From: Candidatus Obscuribacteraceae bacterium
Lineage (GTDB): Bacteria > Cyanobacteriota > Vampirovibrionia > Obscuribacterales > Obscuribacteraceae
Direction of reading: 5' to 3'
Assembly: GCA_044229845.1 (NCBI GenBank)
Contig: JBGASG010000002.1
Span: forward strand, 608,001-672,000
Length of the DNA: 64,000 bases
The notes under the pieces: generated by a model
Told to the model about the DNA's origin: nothing
What the model saw: only the letters and a program-made list of their open reading frames with translations
Databases searched by the model: none
In this document: positions 20,105 to 30,259 of the stretch, one piece after another
Numbering within the stretch: position 1 is the stretch's first letter
How the letters are laid out: each line of letters starts with the position of its first letter
Position numbers and translations under genes: made by a program

Positions 20105-21400
20105 CTATGCGATCTCGCCCTTCAACTTGCCCGTGGGCAACTCGAGGAGTTCGGCCGTCGACCGTTTTTCGACCATCTCTTTATTGATGTGTACGGTCTT
20201 GATGTCTGAACGCGATGGCACTTCGTACATGATGTCGAGCATGATCTCTTCGACAATGGCGCGCAGTGCCCGGGCACCGGTTTTACGCTTGATGGCTTCC
20301 TCGGCGACTGCTTTGATGGCCGGCTCGTCGAATTTCAGTTCGACACCGTCCAGCGAGAGCAGTTGCTGGTACTGCTTGAGAATGGCGTTCTTCGGCTCGA
20401 CGAGAATACGCACCAGCGCATCGACATCGAGCGAATCGAGCACGGCAAGCACCGGCATACGACCGACGAATTCCGGAATCAAGCCGAACTTCAGAAGATC
20501 ATCCGGCACCACATCTTTGAGGATGCGGCTGGCGCGCTGGTCGCGCTCCCAGGCCGTCAGTGGTGCTTGCGATCCAAAACCGATGTTGCGGTTGCTGGAG
20601 ACGCGGCTTTCCACAATCTTGTCCAATCCGACGAAGGCACCACCGCAGATGAACAGGATGTTCTGCGTGTTGATCTGAATGAACTCCTGGTGCGGGTGCT
20701 TACGTCCGCCTTGCGGAGGAACGTTGGCAACCGTGCCCTCAATCATCTTGAGCAGCGCTTGTTGCACGCCTTCACCGGAGACATCGCGGGTGATCGAAGT
20801 GTTCTCCGATTTACGCGAGATCTTGTCGATTTCGTCGATGTAGATGATGCCGCGCTCGGCTTTCTTGATGTCGTAATCGGCAGCTTGATAGAGACGCAGC
20901 AAGATGTTTTCCACGTCTTCACCGACGTATCCCGCTTCTGTCAGCGTGGTGGCATCGGCGACGGCGAACGGCACATCGAGGAACTTCGCCAGCGTCTGCG
21001 CGAGCAGCGTTTTGCCGCAGCCCGTCGGTCCGATCAAAAGAATATTCGACTTTTGAATTTCGACTTGATCGGTCAGATCGCTGTTGTGGTTGATGCGCTT
21101 GTAGTGGTTGTAGACAGCCACTGAAAGCACTTTCTTGGGATCGGTTTGACCGATGATGTGCTGATCGAGGAAACCTTTGATTTCCTGCGGCTTCGGCACA
21201 TCGACCAGTTGCGGTACGCCAGACTCTTGAGGAGCCGCATTCGGACCGCCTTCAAACAGTTCTTCGTCGAGGATCTCATTACAGAGGTCGACGCATTCAT
21301 CGCATATGTAGACTCCAGGCCCAGCGATCAGCTTCTTCACCTGATCTTGGCTCTTTCCACAGAAGGAGCATTTGAGTCTGTTGTCGGATTGCTTAGGCAT
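20105..21400 (-). CDS. clpX: ATP-dependent Clp protease ATP-binding subunit ClpX
   Basis: CSFCGK...ICDEC zinc finger, [33 protein letters not shown] loop. Confidence 0.98.
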   Translation of the reverse strand: MPKQSDNRLKCSFCGKSQDQVKKLIAGPGVYICDECVDLCNEILDEELFEGGPNAAPQESGVPQLVDVPKPQEIKGFLDQHIIGQTDPKKVLSVAVYNHYKRINHNSDLTDQVEIQKSNILLIGPTGCGKTLLAQTLAKFLDVPFAVADATTLTEAGYVGEDVENILLRLYQAADYDIKKAERGIIYIDEIDKISRKSENTSITRDVSGEGVQQALLKMIEGTVANVPPQGGRKHPHQEFIQINTQNILFICGGAFVGLDKIVESRVSSNRNIGFGSQAPLTAWERDQRASRILKDVVPDDLLKFGLIPEFVGRMPVLAVLDSLDVDALVRILVEPKNAILKQYQQLLSLDGVELKFDEPAIKAVAEEAIKRKTGARALRAIVEEIMLDIMYEVPSRSDIKTVHINKEMVEKRSTAELLELPTGKLKGEIA

Positions 21401-21482
21401 GCGTTGTGTACCTTCCTATCTCGTCTTGAGAGCAGAGCAGACGTAATCTACCGCACGAGCGGTTCCGGTCCGTTTGTCCTTT

Positions 21483-22151
21483 CTAGACGGCAGCCATATG
21501 CGGCTGATCCAATTTGACGATCACCTCGTCGACGATTCCATATTCTTTCGCTTCTTGAGCGGTCATGATGTTGTCGCGGTCGGTGTCTTTCTCGATTTGT
21601 TTGACCGATTGACCCGTATGCGACGCCATCAGTTCGTTGAGTTCGCGCTTGATGCGAATGATTTCGCGAGCGGCGATTTCGATGTCGGTTGCTTGACCCT
21701 GCGCACCACCGAGCGGTTGGTGAATCAGAATGCGCGAGTGCGGCAGAGCCAGGCGCTTGCCTTTGGTGCCTGCGCAGAGCAGGAACGCACCCATTGAAGC
21801 AGCCTGCCCGAGACAGATGGTGGAGACTTCCGAGCGGATGTGCTGGATAGTGTCATAAATAGCCATGCCGGCGGTTACCGAGCCGCCCGGGCTGTTGATA
21901 TAAAGTCTGATGTCCTTTTCCGGGTCTTCGCCTTCCAGCAGGAGGAGCTGAGCGACCACCAGGTTGGCTACGGTGTCGTCAATTGGCATACCCAAAAATA
22001 CGATGCGCTCGCGCAGAAGACGCGAGAAGATGTCGAAAGCTCTTTCGCCCCGCGCCGTCGTTTCGATGACGGTCGGCGGGTAGTAAGCCTGGGGAGTCAT
22101 GCTCCAGATATCGTATATGTCTTGCATCGACGGACGTTTGTTATTGAACAT
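21483..22151 (-). CDS. clpP: ATP-dependent Clp protease proteolytic subunit
   Basis: [40 protein letters not shown]. Confidence 0.97.
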   Translation of the reverse strand: MFNNKRPSMQDIYDIWSMTPQAYYPPTVIETTARGERAFDIFSRLLRERIVFLGMPIDDTVANLVVAQLLLLEGEDPEKDIRLYINSPGGSVTAGMAIYDTIQHIRSEVSTICLGQAASMGAFLLCAGTKGKRLALPHSRILIHQPLGGAQGQATDIEIAAREIIRIKRELNELMASHTGQSVKQIEKDTDRDNIMTAQEAKEYGIVDEVIVKLDQPHMAAV

Positions 22152-22269
22152 GGTGAGTTTTGTTTGTCTCCTACTGGTTTATTAGATATTAGATTCTAGT
22201 TAGTTTAAGGCAACGATACCCTGTTGTCAGATTTAGTCAAGGCTTGACACTTGGGAATCCTCGCCCCAT

Positions 22270-23715
22270 CTAGGCTCCAGCGGTCTCTGCCGTTTTCTCG
22301 GCGGATTCTTCGGACTCCTGTTTTTCCTTGTCGGCATCCTTCTTCTTGTCAGATTTCGGTTTAGCAGATCCAGCGCCTTTTTTGCCTTTATCCTGCCCTT
22401 CCTCTTCATCCGACTCAGGCACATAAGTGATCTGCGCGTGACTCAAAAGAAAGTCCACGACTTTGCGGGTTAGAGCTTCCTCCATCGACTGTCGTTTAAG
22501 CTCTTCAAAAAAGCGTCTCAACTCTTCGTTGTGGGCAAGTTGTTCTATTGGAACATTATACCTGGCAACCATCTCCATCAGATAAGGCCGCCATTCTTCG
22601 TCGGTTACGCTCATGTTCTCAGCACGCACAATGGCACCGAGAACCAGCGAGGTACGCACGCGATTCGTGGCTTCCTCGCGGATTTCCGCGTATTTATCCT
22701 TGTACTCATCCGTCTGTATATACTCGTCCCACTTCTTGCGCTGCTGCTCGATCATCCGCTTGTGGTGCTGAAGCAGGAGGTTCGACTCACGGTCAATCAT
22801 GCTGTCGGGGATGGCGACATCGGCCCGTTTGACGATCTCTTCCACCACGGCTTTTTGGGCACGGGCTTCGTTTTCCTGACGCAGCTCTTCTTCCATGCGC
22901 TGGTTGAGGGCTTTCTTCAATTCATCCAGTGATTCCTGTCCGACGCTCTTGGCCAGCTCATCGTCGATGTCCGGCATCTGGCGTTCGCGCAGCTCTTTGA
23001 GGTCGACTTTGAACTCGGCATCCTTGCCGGCCAGCTCGGTGTTGCGGTATTCGGTCGGGAATGTGGCTTTCACTTCGGTCTGCTGACCGGGTTCTTTGCC
23101 GATCAACGCTTCGCAGAAGCCCGGCAGGAAGTTGCCTTCTTTGACTTCCAGCAAGAGCCCTTCGGCTTTTCCGCCTTCGACCAGCTCGCCGTTGACGAAA
23201 CATTCGAAGTCGAGCAAGACGGTGTCGCCTTCTTTAATCGGGCGCGGGTCGACTTTCTTCAGGTCGGCTTTCGCTTCGGCGATGCTCTCGAGCGCCTTGG
23301 CTTCGGCTTCGGGGGGCATTTTGGCTTCTTCAGCGGTGGCGGCGACGCCTTTGTAGTCGCCCAGTTTGACTTCGGGACGCACTTCGAACGTGGCCAACAG
23401 CTTGAGAGGCTCACCCAGCTCGAAGTTCGGCGGGTCTATTTGAGGCTCGGTGATCACATCGAGCTTTTCTTCGTAAATGGCTTGCCCGAGAACCTCAGGA
23501 ACCAGGCGTTCAAGGGTTTCTCGCTTGATAAAGTCCACGCCGACCATCTTTTCGACGATGTTGCGAGGCGCCTTGCCCCGGCGGAATCCTGGGATGTTGA
23601 TGCGCTGGCTGAGTTGTTTGCAGGCCACTTCATAGGCCTTCACCGCGCGTTCAGACTCAACTTCGACGTTGAGCTTGACGATATTTGTGCCTTCTCGATC
23701 CAGCGTGACCTTCAT
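22270..23715 (-). CDS. tig: Trigger factor
   Basis: IPGFRRGKAP ribosome-binding motif, FKBP-like middle domain, tig-clpP-clpX-lon synteny; alternative start 23724. Confidence 0.96.
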   Translation of the reverse strand: MKVTLDREGTNIVKLNVEVESERAVKAYEVACKQLSQRINIPGFRRGKAPRNIVEKMVGVDFIKRETLERLVPEVLGQAIYEEKLDVITEPQIDPPNFELGEPLKLLATFEVRPEVKLGDYKGVAATAEEAKMPPEAEAKALESIAEAKADLKKVDPRPIKEGDTVLLDFECFVNGELVEGGKAEGLLLEVKEGNFLPGFCEALIGKEPGQQTEVKATFPTEYRNTELAGKDAEFKVDLKELRERQMPDIDDELAKSVGQESLDELKKALNQRMEEELRQENEARAQKAVVEEIVKRADVAIPDSMIDRESNLLLQHHKRMIEQQRKKWDEYIQTDEYKDKYAEIREEATNRVRTSLVLGAIVRAENMSVTDEEWRPYLMEMVARYNVPIEQLAHNEELRRFFEELKRQSMEEALTRKVVDFLLSHAQITYVPESDEEEGQDKGKKGAGSAKPKSDKKKDADKEKQESEESAEKTAETAGA

Positions 23716-24090
23716 GTCGAACATCCCTCTCCATGTGAGTTTTTGGTTTTTCGCGGGCGAGCCTGGCTATGAACTGCTTCCGCCGCTGGGCTCCCGGCGA
23801 GGCCTGATGCTTGGGGCATTGTGCTGCACGAGCCGCTTGTTTTGCCGCAAGCCGTGCGCTCCAGGCCGGAGGGGATTGTAGCACAAAAGGCTTGCAAAGC
23901 CGCATGTAGTCGGGCTTAGCGATGATTGAGCTGCGCCCGAAAGGGGCACGGATTCGTTGCCGGATTTGAAGTTGTGTGTAGCGCAGCCGTTGTTCGCCGT
24001 GTTCGCCGCGTTCCCGTCCGTCCGCCGGCGCATCCTTCGCGGCTGCTCAATGCATGGGCAAGCACCATCTGACAACCGGGAGCGATGATC

Positions 24091-24180
24091 TGTCAACTTA
24101 CCAGCCCTGTTTGTTGACAAAACCGGCGTGCGGAGGCGGGTTTGTCAACTTACCAGCCCTGTTTGTTGACAAAACCGGCG
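24091..24180. repeat. Two direct copies of a 38-bp palindrome-containing unit (REP-like)
   Basis: tgtcaacttaccagccctgtttgttgacaaaaccggcg at 24091-24128 and 24143-24180; each contains the tgtcaac/gttgaca inverted repeat. Confidence 0.8.
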
Positions 24181-24202
24181 CGCCGGAGGCTGAAGAACGG
24201 CT

Positions 24203-24718
24203 CTACGGCATCGGGAGCATGATCGGGCGCTGGTGGGCGATGATTGCCGCGATGATGAGCGCCAGGTTGATGGTCAAAAATATCCCGAGCAGGCTGGAGC
24301 CCAGCATCAGTTGCCAGGTCAAAAGCGCCTGCCGGGGATGAAACGTGGTGACGATGCCGAAGCGGTTGGCGACGTACATCAAAAGTGCCAGTCCGACCAG
24401 GACGTCGGCGGCGAGAACGACGTTGACGCGCAGGTTTTCCAGTTGCGGCACCAGCAAAGTGCCCAGTGCGATGGTGCAACAAATGAGCAGGGCGATGGCT
24501 GTGGCCTTATCGCTGTCACGGACCGCGACTTCGTTGTCGCGCGATACGCTGCTCACATAGCGCAGGGCAGCCAGACTGCTTCTCCAGCGCGAGCGGCGGT
24601 TGATGACTTGCTCGGCCGGCAGACGCAAGGTTTCGACCGTGCCACCGGCACCCTCGACGGCGGTCGATTTGCCTGCGGCTTCATCAGCGGGTTTCTTTGC
24701 CGCTTGATCGTCTGACAT
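24203..24718 (-). CDS. Hypothetical membrane protein (about 3 TM helices)
   Basis: 171 aa; hydrophobic stretches in the C-terminal half; GGAGG RBS. Confidence 0.7.
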   Translation of the reverse strand: MSDDQAAKKPADEAAGKSTAVEGAGGTVETLRLPAEQVINRRSRWRSSLAALRYVSSVSRDNEVAVRDSDKATAIALLICCTIALGTLLVPQLENLRVNVVLAADVLVGLALLMYVANRFGIVTTFHPRQALLTWQLMLGSSLLGIFLTINLALIIAAIIAHQRPIMLPMP

Positions 24719-24990
24719 GTAAGCCTCCCAAAGACCGCTCTTGTGCGCCGCCGTACTGAGTATAGTCGAAACAAATCGCGCGAAAAGGTTTCGTCAGCTC
24801 CTTAATACCCAGCAGGCTAACTTCTCTAAGCTTATTCGGCGAAGATTTCTTATGGAATGTAATAAAACCGCGACGCCACCCCGCTGCCAAGGGTAGATAA
24901 GACGGACAGGGGCGGGCGCACCCGGACGGCGCCGCGATCGCCGATCAGTGTCGGATAATCAATCGGCGGGCACCACGTGCGGTATCACCC

Positions 24991-25572
24991 TCAGAGCGAT
25001 CCGGCGCTGCTTGTGCCATTGCCGGCGCCACCAAATTCGGCGGCAGCATCACGCAAAAACTGCTGCGCCTGCGCCGGATTCTTCAGTTGAAAAATGCGCA
25101 GGCGCGCACTTTCAGGCGATCGCAGCAATTCCTGATATTCACGTCGCCGTCGATGATAGGTCGTCAGCCCCCATAACAACACCGAGTCCCTGGTCATAAA
25201 GCTCATGCGCCACGATTCGCGGTTGCCTTTCCACAGTTCCTCTTGCGAGAAAGCGCGGCGCACCGTGCGCGAAAAGAGCCGCCACATGACCAGGTGAAAG
25301 TCGAAGTCCAGCCAGCACACGGCATCCGCGCGCTGCCAGACGAAGGGGCGCGCTTTGGAATAATTGCCGTCCACCACCCAGGCGGGCGCACTGGTGGCTT
25401 GATCGACCCGCGTGAGAAAGACATCGTCGGCAGCCTCGACCCAGTTCGGCTCCCAGTGCAGCGCATCCAGCTCGATGTGGGTGATGCCGCGCGCGGCCGC
25501 CAGCCGGCGTGCGAATGTGGTCTTGCCACTGCCGCTTGTACCAACTACAACGAATCGTCGCAGACTATCCAT
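24991..25572 (-). CDS. Adenylate kinase-like P-loop protein (topology modulation protein/FlaR-like)
   Basis: VVGTSGSGKTT, HIELDALHW, WVVDGNY, NRES; start moved to MDSLRR so that it does not overlap the tRNA. Confidence 0.85.
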   Translation of the reverse strand: MDSLRRFVVVGTSGSGKTTFARRLAAARGITHIELDALHWEPNWVEAADDVFLTRVDQATSAPAWVVDGNYSKARPFVWQRADAVCWLDFDFHLVMWRLFSRTVRRAFSQEELWKGNRESWRMSFMTRDSVLLWGLTTYHRRRREYQELLRSPESARLRIFQLKNPAQAQQFLRDAAAEFGGAGNGTSSAGSL

Positions 25573-25647
25573 TGAAGAAACGGCAGGCGCCCCTGGAAAC
25601 AACAACGCCGCGTTTCTCAAAAGAAGCCGCGGGCGCAGTGGAAAAAA

Positions 25648-25722
<75 letters not shown>

Positions 25723-25805
25723 AATAGTGGTGAGGAGTGATTATAGCGCGCTATCAAATTAGCGTGCAACGTCCTGTTTAAGAAACGTCATTCCGGTCCG
25801 GTCGT

Positions 25806-26936
25806 TTATTGCACAACCTGAATAATCGGGGTTGTCGGCGCCACGATGCCTGCCGGTTGCACCGGCGAACCGGCGCCGTTGCCATTACCGTTACCGGTCT
25901 GGGATGCCTGCGCAGCTGCGGCAATCTGGGCAGCCGTCGTAGGCGCCGGAATCGAGAGATTCGACGACTTGACTTGCGGTCGGCGTGCCAGACGGTCTTC
26001 GACTTCGGAAAGCACCCGCACCACTTGATAGGCGTTATTGGCATCGGTGCGCGGGCGCTGCCCGGTGACGACGCAATTGAGGAAGTGCTCGCACTCCAGT
26101 TGCAGCGGCTCGGCATCCGAATAAGACGGATACTCGACCACCATGCCACCGGACTTGGTGAGGCTGTGCAGCGCCAGTTTGTTTTCGGATGCGGTGTCAT
26201 TCAAGACTGCCGTCTTCAAACTGCCGTTGACGGTGAGGCGCACCAGTTTTTGCGGATCGATCCAGCTGTTGCGCACTTGACCGGGCACGCGACGGGCACC
26301 GGCGATCGGGAACACCAGATCGAGGTAAGCCACATCGACCAGTGAGTCTATTTGTGTGTCCCAGCCGCCGACGCGATCCACTTCGGGATGTTCGCAATCG
26401 AGCAGGTAAGACATCATCGAAATATCGTGTGGTGCCAGATCCCAGAGCACGCTCCAGTCACGTCTGCCCGTGTTGAAGTTCATGCGATCTGATCTGATAA
26501 ATCGCAGCTCGCCCAGTTCGCCGTCGCGAATCAATTCTTTCAAGCAATTGACGGCAGGATGGTAGAGAAGCAAGTGACCGACCATCAAGATCAGTCCGCG
26601 CTCTGTTGCCAGTTTGTCCAGTTCTTCCGCGTGGCGGGTGTCCCGCGCCAACGGTTTCTCAACATAGACGTGTTTGCCGGCTAACAATGATTGTCTGCCG
26701 AGTTCGAAGTGGCTGTCGCTTGGTGACGCGATCACAACTGCTTTGATCGATTCATCCTTCAACACGCTTTCGAACTGATCGGTGATACGCACACCGGGGT
26801 GCTCGCGACGCACCACATCCAGGCGAGCCAGGTCAATGTCACATACGCAACCCAGTGCTCCCAAATGAGCAAAGTTGCGGACGAGATTTTTGCCCCAGTT
26901 GCCGAAACCTATTACTGCTACTTTTGCTGATTCCAA
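25806..26936 (-). CDS. Gfo/Idh/MocA family oxidoreductase
   Basis: VAVIGFGNWG, GKHVYVEKP, LMVGHLLLYHPAV, WDLAPHDIS; TTG start at 26936 with GGAG RBS. Confidence 0.92.
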   Translation of the reverse strand: MESAKVAVIGFGNWGKNLVRNFAHLGALGCVCDIDLARLDVVRREHPGVRITDQFESVLKDESIKAVVIASPSDSHFELGRQSLLAGKHVYVEKPLARDTRHAEELDKLATERGLILMVGHLLLYHPAVNCLKELIRDGELGELRFIRSDRMNFNTGRRDWSVLWDLAPHDISMMSYLLDCEHPEVDRVGGWDTQIDSLVDVAYLDLVFPIAGARRVPGQVRNSWIDPQKLVRLTVNGSLKTAVLNDTASENKLALHSLTKSGGMVVEYPSYSDAEPLQLECEHFLNCVVTGQRPRTDANNAYQVVRVLSEVEDRLARRPQVKSSNLSIPAPTTAAQIAAAAQASQTGNGNGNGAGSPVQPAGIVAPTTPIIQVVQ

Positions 26937-27069
26937 TGCACAACTCCGCAACTCGGAAAGATTCGCGTGCAAATACGGCTGCAATAACAACAACCTTTGA
27001 GCCTATTCAAGCGCACAGATGTCTCTTTGAAATTTATCAAGATTAAGGTCGGACGAGACTTCGGCCGAT

Positions 27070-27351
27070 TTAACGTCGCTTGTTGACAGCTTCGCTAAAT
27101 TCTTTGCCAACTTTGAAACCCGGCACACGCTTGGCTGGGATTTCCAGAGGCTGATTGGTCTTGGGGTTTCTCCCCGTGCGGGCCTTGCGCTGGCGCACTT
27201 CGAATGTACCAAATCCAACAAGCGTTACTTTTTCGCCGGATGCAACACGTTTAACGATGGTTTCCATCATCTTATTAATGACGGTTTCGGCATCCTTTTT
27301 GGTGGTGCCGGCTTCCTTCGCAATAACGTCTACCAACTCAGCCTTGTTCAC
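27070..27351 (-). CDS. hup: DNA-binding protein HU
   Basis: (M)NKAELVD...VTLVGFGTFEVRQRKARTGRNPKT; GTG start at 27351. Confidence 0.96.
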   Translation of the reverse strand: MNKAELVDVIAKEAGTTKKDAETVINKMMETIVKRVASGEKVTLVGFGTFEVRQRKARTGRNPKTNQPLEIPAKRVPGFKVGKEFSEAVNKRR

Positions 27352-27566
27352 GCAGAAGTCCTCTTGTGTTGTGTGAAGTGGTACCAGGGACACCGGCGGA
27401 CAACAACTCGACATCGGTGTTTCGCCGAGCACTTTATAGACGAAGCTACGCGATGGCGATAGCAAAACCGGCTATATGCTTGCGATACACGATTTTGCCC
27501 ATGCTAGCATAAAGTGGATAGCTGGCAATGTTCACCTTCCTCTTTTCAGGCGAGAAATTACTAATC

Positions 27567-28748
27567 ATGCTTGCGCCACGCCAACCCATTGTTGCTTCGG
27601 TGAGGCGCGACGCGTGGGTCGAAATTGATCTTCTGGCACTGGAGAAAAACGTTGCCACCATCAAGAGCTGGTGTTCGCCGCACACCAAGTTGATGGCCGT
27701 CGTCAAAAGCGATGCTTACGGACACGGCGCTGTCGGCGTCGCGGAAGTACTCACCGCATCCGGTGCTTCATGGTTGGGCGTTGCATCGGTCGACGAAGGC
27801 TGCCAGCTGCGCGGCGCCGGTGTCACACAGCCGATCCTCTTGCTCAGTCCGGCGCCATCGTGGGCAATTACCACCGCGCTCGAAGCTGATCTGCAACTGA
27901 CGGTTTTGAATCGCTCGCAGATTGAAGACATTGTCAAAGAGGCGGCGCGGATAAACAAACCGGCCAACGTGCATTTAAAGGTCGACACCGGCATGCACAG
28001 GTTGGGGGCGCTGCCTGAAGATGTGCCTGACTTGCTGTCGACAATTGCGTCGGAGAAAGCGCTGCGGCTGGCCGGAATTTTCAGTCATCTAGCCAAAGCC
28101 GACGAAGCCGAATTCACCGGCAAGCAAAATGCGCAATTCCAGCGCCTGCTTGATATGGTGGCAAAGTCGGAAAGCCAGCCGCGGCTGGTGCACCTGGCAT
28201 CCGGTGATGCAACGCGGCGGTTTCCCGATACGCATTACGACATGGTGCGCGTCGGACTGTATTTATATGGATTAGAAGCGCGGGCAGTATCAGATGTGGT
28301 GACACCGGCCATGTCGGTGCGCGGGCGCATCAATCATTTGCAACACATAGAAACCGGTCAGTCGGTCGGTTACAACCTGACCTGGACGGCACAGCGACCA
28401 ACGCGCATCGCATCGATTCCGATCGGCTATGCCGACGGCGTCGACCGCGGACTGTCCAATAAGATGAAAGGGCTTTTGCTCGGACAGGAAGTAAAACAAA
28501 TCGGGCTGATCAGCATGGACCAGATGCTTTTCGACGTCACGGATGTTGCCGATGCCGATGAAGGTGACGTGATTACACTGATCGGGGAGGAGCACGCGCT
28601 GAAGTTTCGCGCGCGCGCCGGACACAAACAACTCTATCTGGCGGATTGGGCGGCCACGCTTGATACCATTACTTACGAACTGGCCTGTCGACTGCGCGCA
28701 CGCATGCCAAGAATGTACACGCGCTCGGTGCCGGCACACGAGGGCTAG
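27567..28748 (+). CDS. alr: Alanine racemase
   Basis: MAVVKSDAYGHG (PLP Lys), HLKVDTGMHRLG, PIGYADG, SMDQ. Confidence 0.96.
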   Translation: MLAPRQPIVASVRRDAWVEIDLLALEKNVATIKSWCSPHTKLMAVVKSDAYGHGAVGVAEVLTASGASWLGVASVDEGCQLRGAGVTQPILLLSPAPSWAITTALEADLQLTVLNRSQIEDIVKEAARINKPANVHLKVDTGMHRLGALPEDVPDLLSTIASEKALRLAGIFSHLAKADEAEFTGKQNAQFQRLLDMVAKSESQPRLVHLASGDATRRFPDTHYDMVRVGLYLYGLEARAVSDVVTPAMSVRGRINHLQHIETGQSVGYNLTWTAQRPTRIASIPIGYADGVDRGLSNKMKGLLLGQEVKQIGLISMDQMLFDVTDVADADEGDVITLIGEEHALKFRARAGHKQLYLADWAATLDTITYELACRLRARMPRMYTRSVPAHEG

Positions 28749-28757
28749 CAAAAAAAC

Positions 28758-29369
28758 ATGGCGGCACAACTGGGAGTTTTTTGCGGAACGTTCAATCCGA
28801 TTCATGTCGGGCATCTTCTGATTGCCGAGTTTGCCTGGGATCAGTTCGAGCTGGACAAAGTAATCTTCATTCCCAACTCGACGCCGCCGCACAAGAACAA
28901 GGACATCCTCGACAAAGAATCGCGCTACGAACTTGTGCAGGCCGCCATCGCCAACAACGAGCATTTCCAGATCTCGCGCATCGAGATGGATCGCGAGGGA
29001 CCTTCATACACGGTGGACACCCTGACGCAACTCAAGTCGCAGTGGGGAGAAGATACGCAGCTCAACTTGATCATCGGTCAGGACAATCTCGGCTATCTGA
29101 CCGAGTGGCATGACGCGCCGCGTCTTTTCAAACTTTGCCGCATACTGGTGGCATCGCGGCATCTGGTGAAAGCACCGCGTCAGGAGTCCGATGCCGAACT
29201 GAAAGCCATGGCACCGCCCGGCGCCAACGTCGAAATAATTCATTTCCCGGATTTTCCGGTGTCTTCCTCCGAGATACGCAATCGCTTGCGCGCCGGCGGC
29301 ACGGTGCTATATCTGGTGCCACCGGAAGTCAACCACATACTGCTGGAGAAACAACACTATGTCCGGTGA
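28758..29369 (+). CDS. nadD: Nicotinate-nucleotide adenylyltransferase
   Basis: GTFNPIHVGH, PPHK, SYTVDTL, IIGQD, VSSSEIR. Confidence 0.95.
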   Translation: MAAQLGVFCGTFNPIHVGHLLIAEFAWDQFELDKVIFIPNSTPPHKNKDILDKESRYELVQAAIANNEHFQISRIEMDREGPSYTVDTLTQLKSQWGEDTQLNLIIGQDNLGYLTEWHDAPRLFKLCRILVASRHLVKAPRQESDAELKAMAPPGANVEIIHFPDFPVSSSEIRNRLRAGGTVLYLVPPEVNHILLEKQHYVR

Positions 29370-30000
29370 CAACTTCGCGCACACCCCGGTTCCTGAGACG
29401 CATATCAATGGCATTCCGGTGAATGTGACGAGCGACTTTCTGCGTGAGTGGGTGCGCCCGCGCGTCAAGCCCAAACGGTTTCGTCACATCGAAGGCGTAG
29501 TGGCAGTGGCGAAGAAACTGGCCAAGCGCGCGCACTGCGACGAACATCTAGCCGAGATAGCAGCCTGGGTGCACGACTGCTGCAAGCACATCAAAGATGA
29601 TGAACTGGTGCGCATGGCGCGCGAATACGGGCTGGTGCTCACGGATCTGGAAGCGCACCACGGACACTTGCTGCATGGACCGGTGGCGGCGGAAGTGGCG
29701 ATGCACGAACTGGACATCACCAATGAAGACGTGCTGAATGCCATAGCTGAACACACTCTCGGCGCGGTGCCGATGAGCACTCTTTCGAAAGTCATTTATT
29801 TGGCGGACGCACTGGAGGAGAGTCGCCCGAAAGATTTCCGGCAACCGATCTGGGATGCGCTGGATTTCGAAGGCACCTGCGACCTGGACAATGCGTTGGT
29901 GGTGGCATGCGAGCAGAGCATCAGGCATCTGATTGCCGCCGGTAAGCCGGTACACCCGCGAACGGAAGAAGTGCGCGACTACTACGCCAATCTTCAGTAG
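29359..30000 (+). CDS. yqeK: HD-domain hydrolase (YqeK, Ap4A hydrolase-like)
   Basis: RFRHIEGV, HDCCK, LLHGPVAA, HTLG, YLADALE; adjacent to nadD. Confidence 0.88.
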   Translation: MSGDNFAHTPVPETHINGIPVNVTSDFLREWVRPRVKPKRFRHIEGVVAVAKKLAKRAHCDEHLAEIAAWVHDCCKHIKDDELVRMAREYGLVLTDLEAHHGHLLHGPVAAEVAMHELDITNEDVLNAIAEHTLGAVPMSTLSKVIYLADALEESRPKDFRQPIWDALDFEGTCDLDNALVVACEQSIRHLIAAGKPVHPRTEEVRDYYANLQ

Positions 30001-30010
30001 ATCGGGAGTT

Positions 30011-30244
30011 TTATTTATCCGGGGCGGCGGAGACGTCGCTAGCTTTTTCTTTGTCACGCTTGTGTGCCTGGGCACCGGCAAGCAGCATGAACAGCCCGAA
30101 AAACAACAATACAAAACCCCAGATGAGATTGAGGTTGGATTGCAGCCCCGGACTCATGTGGGACGGCATGAGGATGCCGTAGACAATCAAAACGACACCG
30201 TTGATGACGAAATATGCTCCGATTACTGTTCGCAGTTCAAGCAT
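30011..30244 (-). CDS. Small 2-TM membrane protein associated with the symporter
   Basis: 77 aa, two hydrophobic helices, directly after the SSS gene. Confidence 0.7.
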   Translation of the reverse strand: MLELRTVIGAYFVINGVVLIVYGILMPSHMSPGLQSNLNLIWGFVLLFFGLFMLLAGAQAHKRDKEKASDVSAAPDK

Positions 30245-30259
30245 GTTGGTTTCGTTTCC

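Noticed and set aside
23767..24120. 117-aa ORF upstream of tig
   Set aside because: Begins inside the tandem repeat, has no motif, and the region more likely holds the tig promoter
24091..24180. Possible mini-CRISPR array
   Set aside because: Only two repeats, a 14-nt spacer and no cas genes in the window; kept as a REP-like repeat
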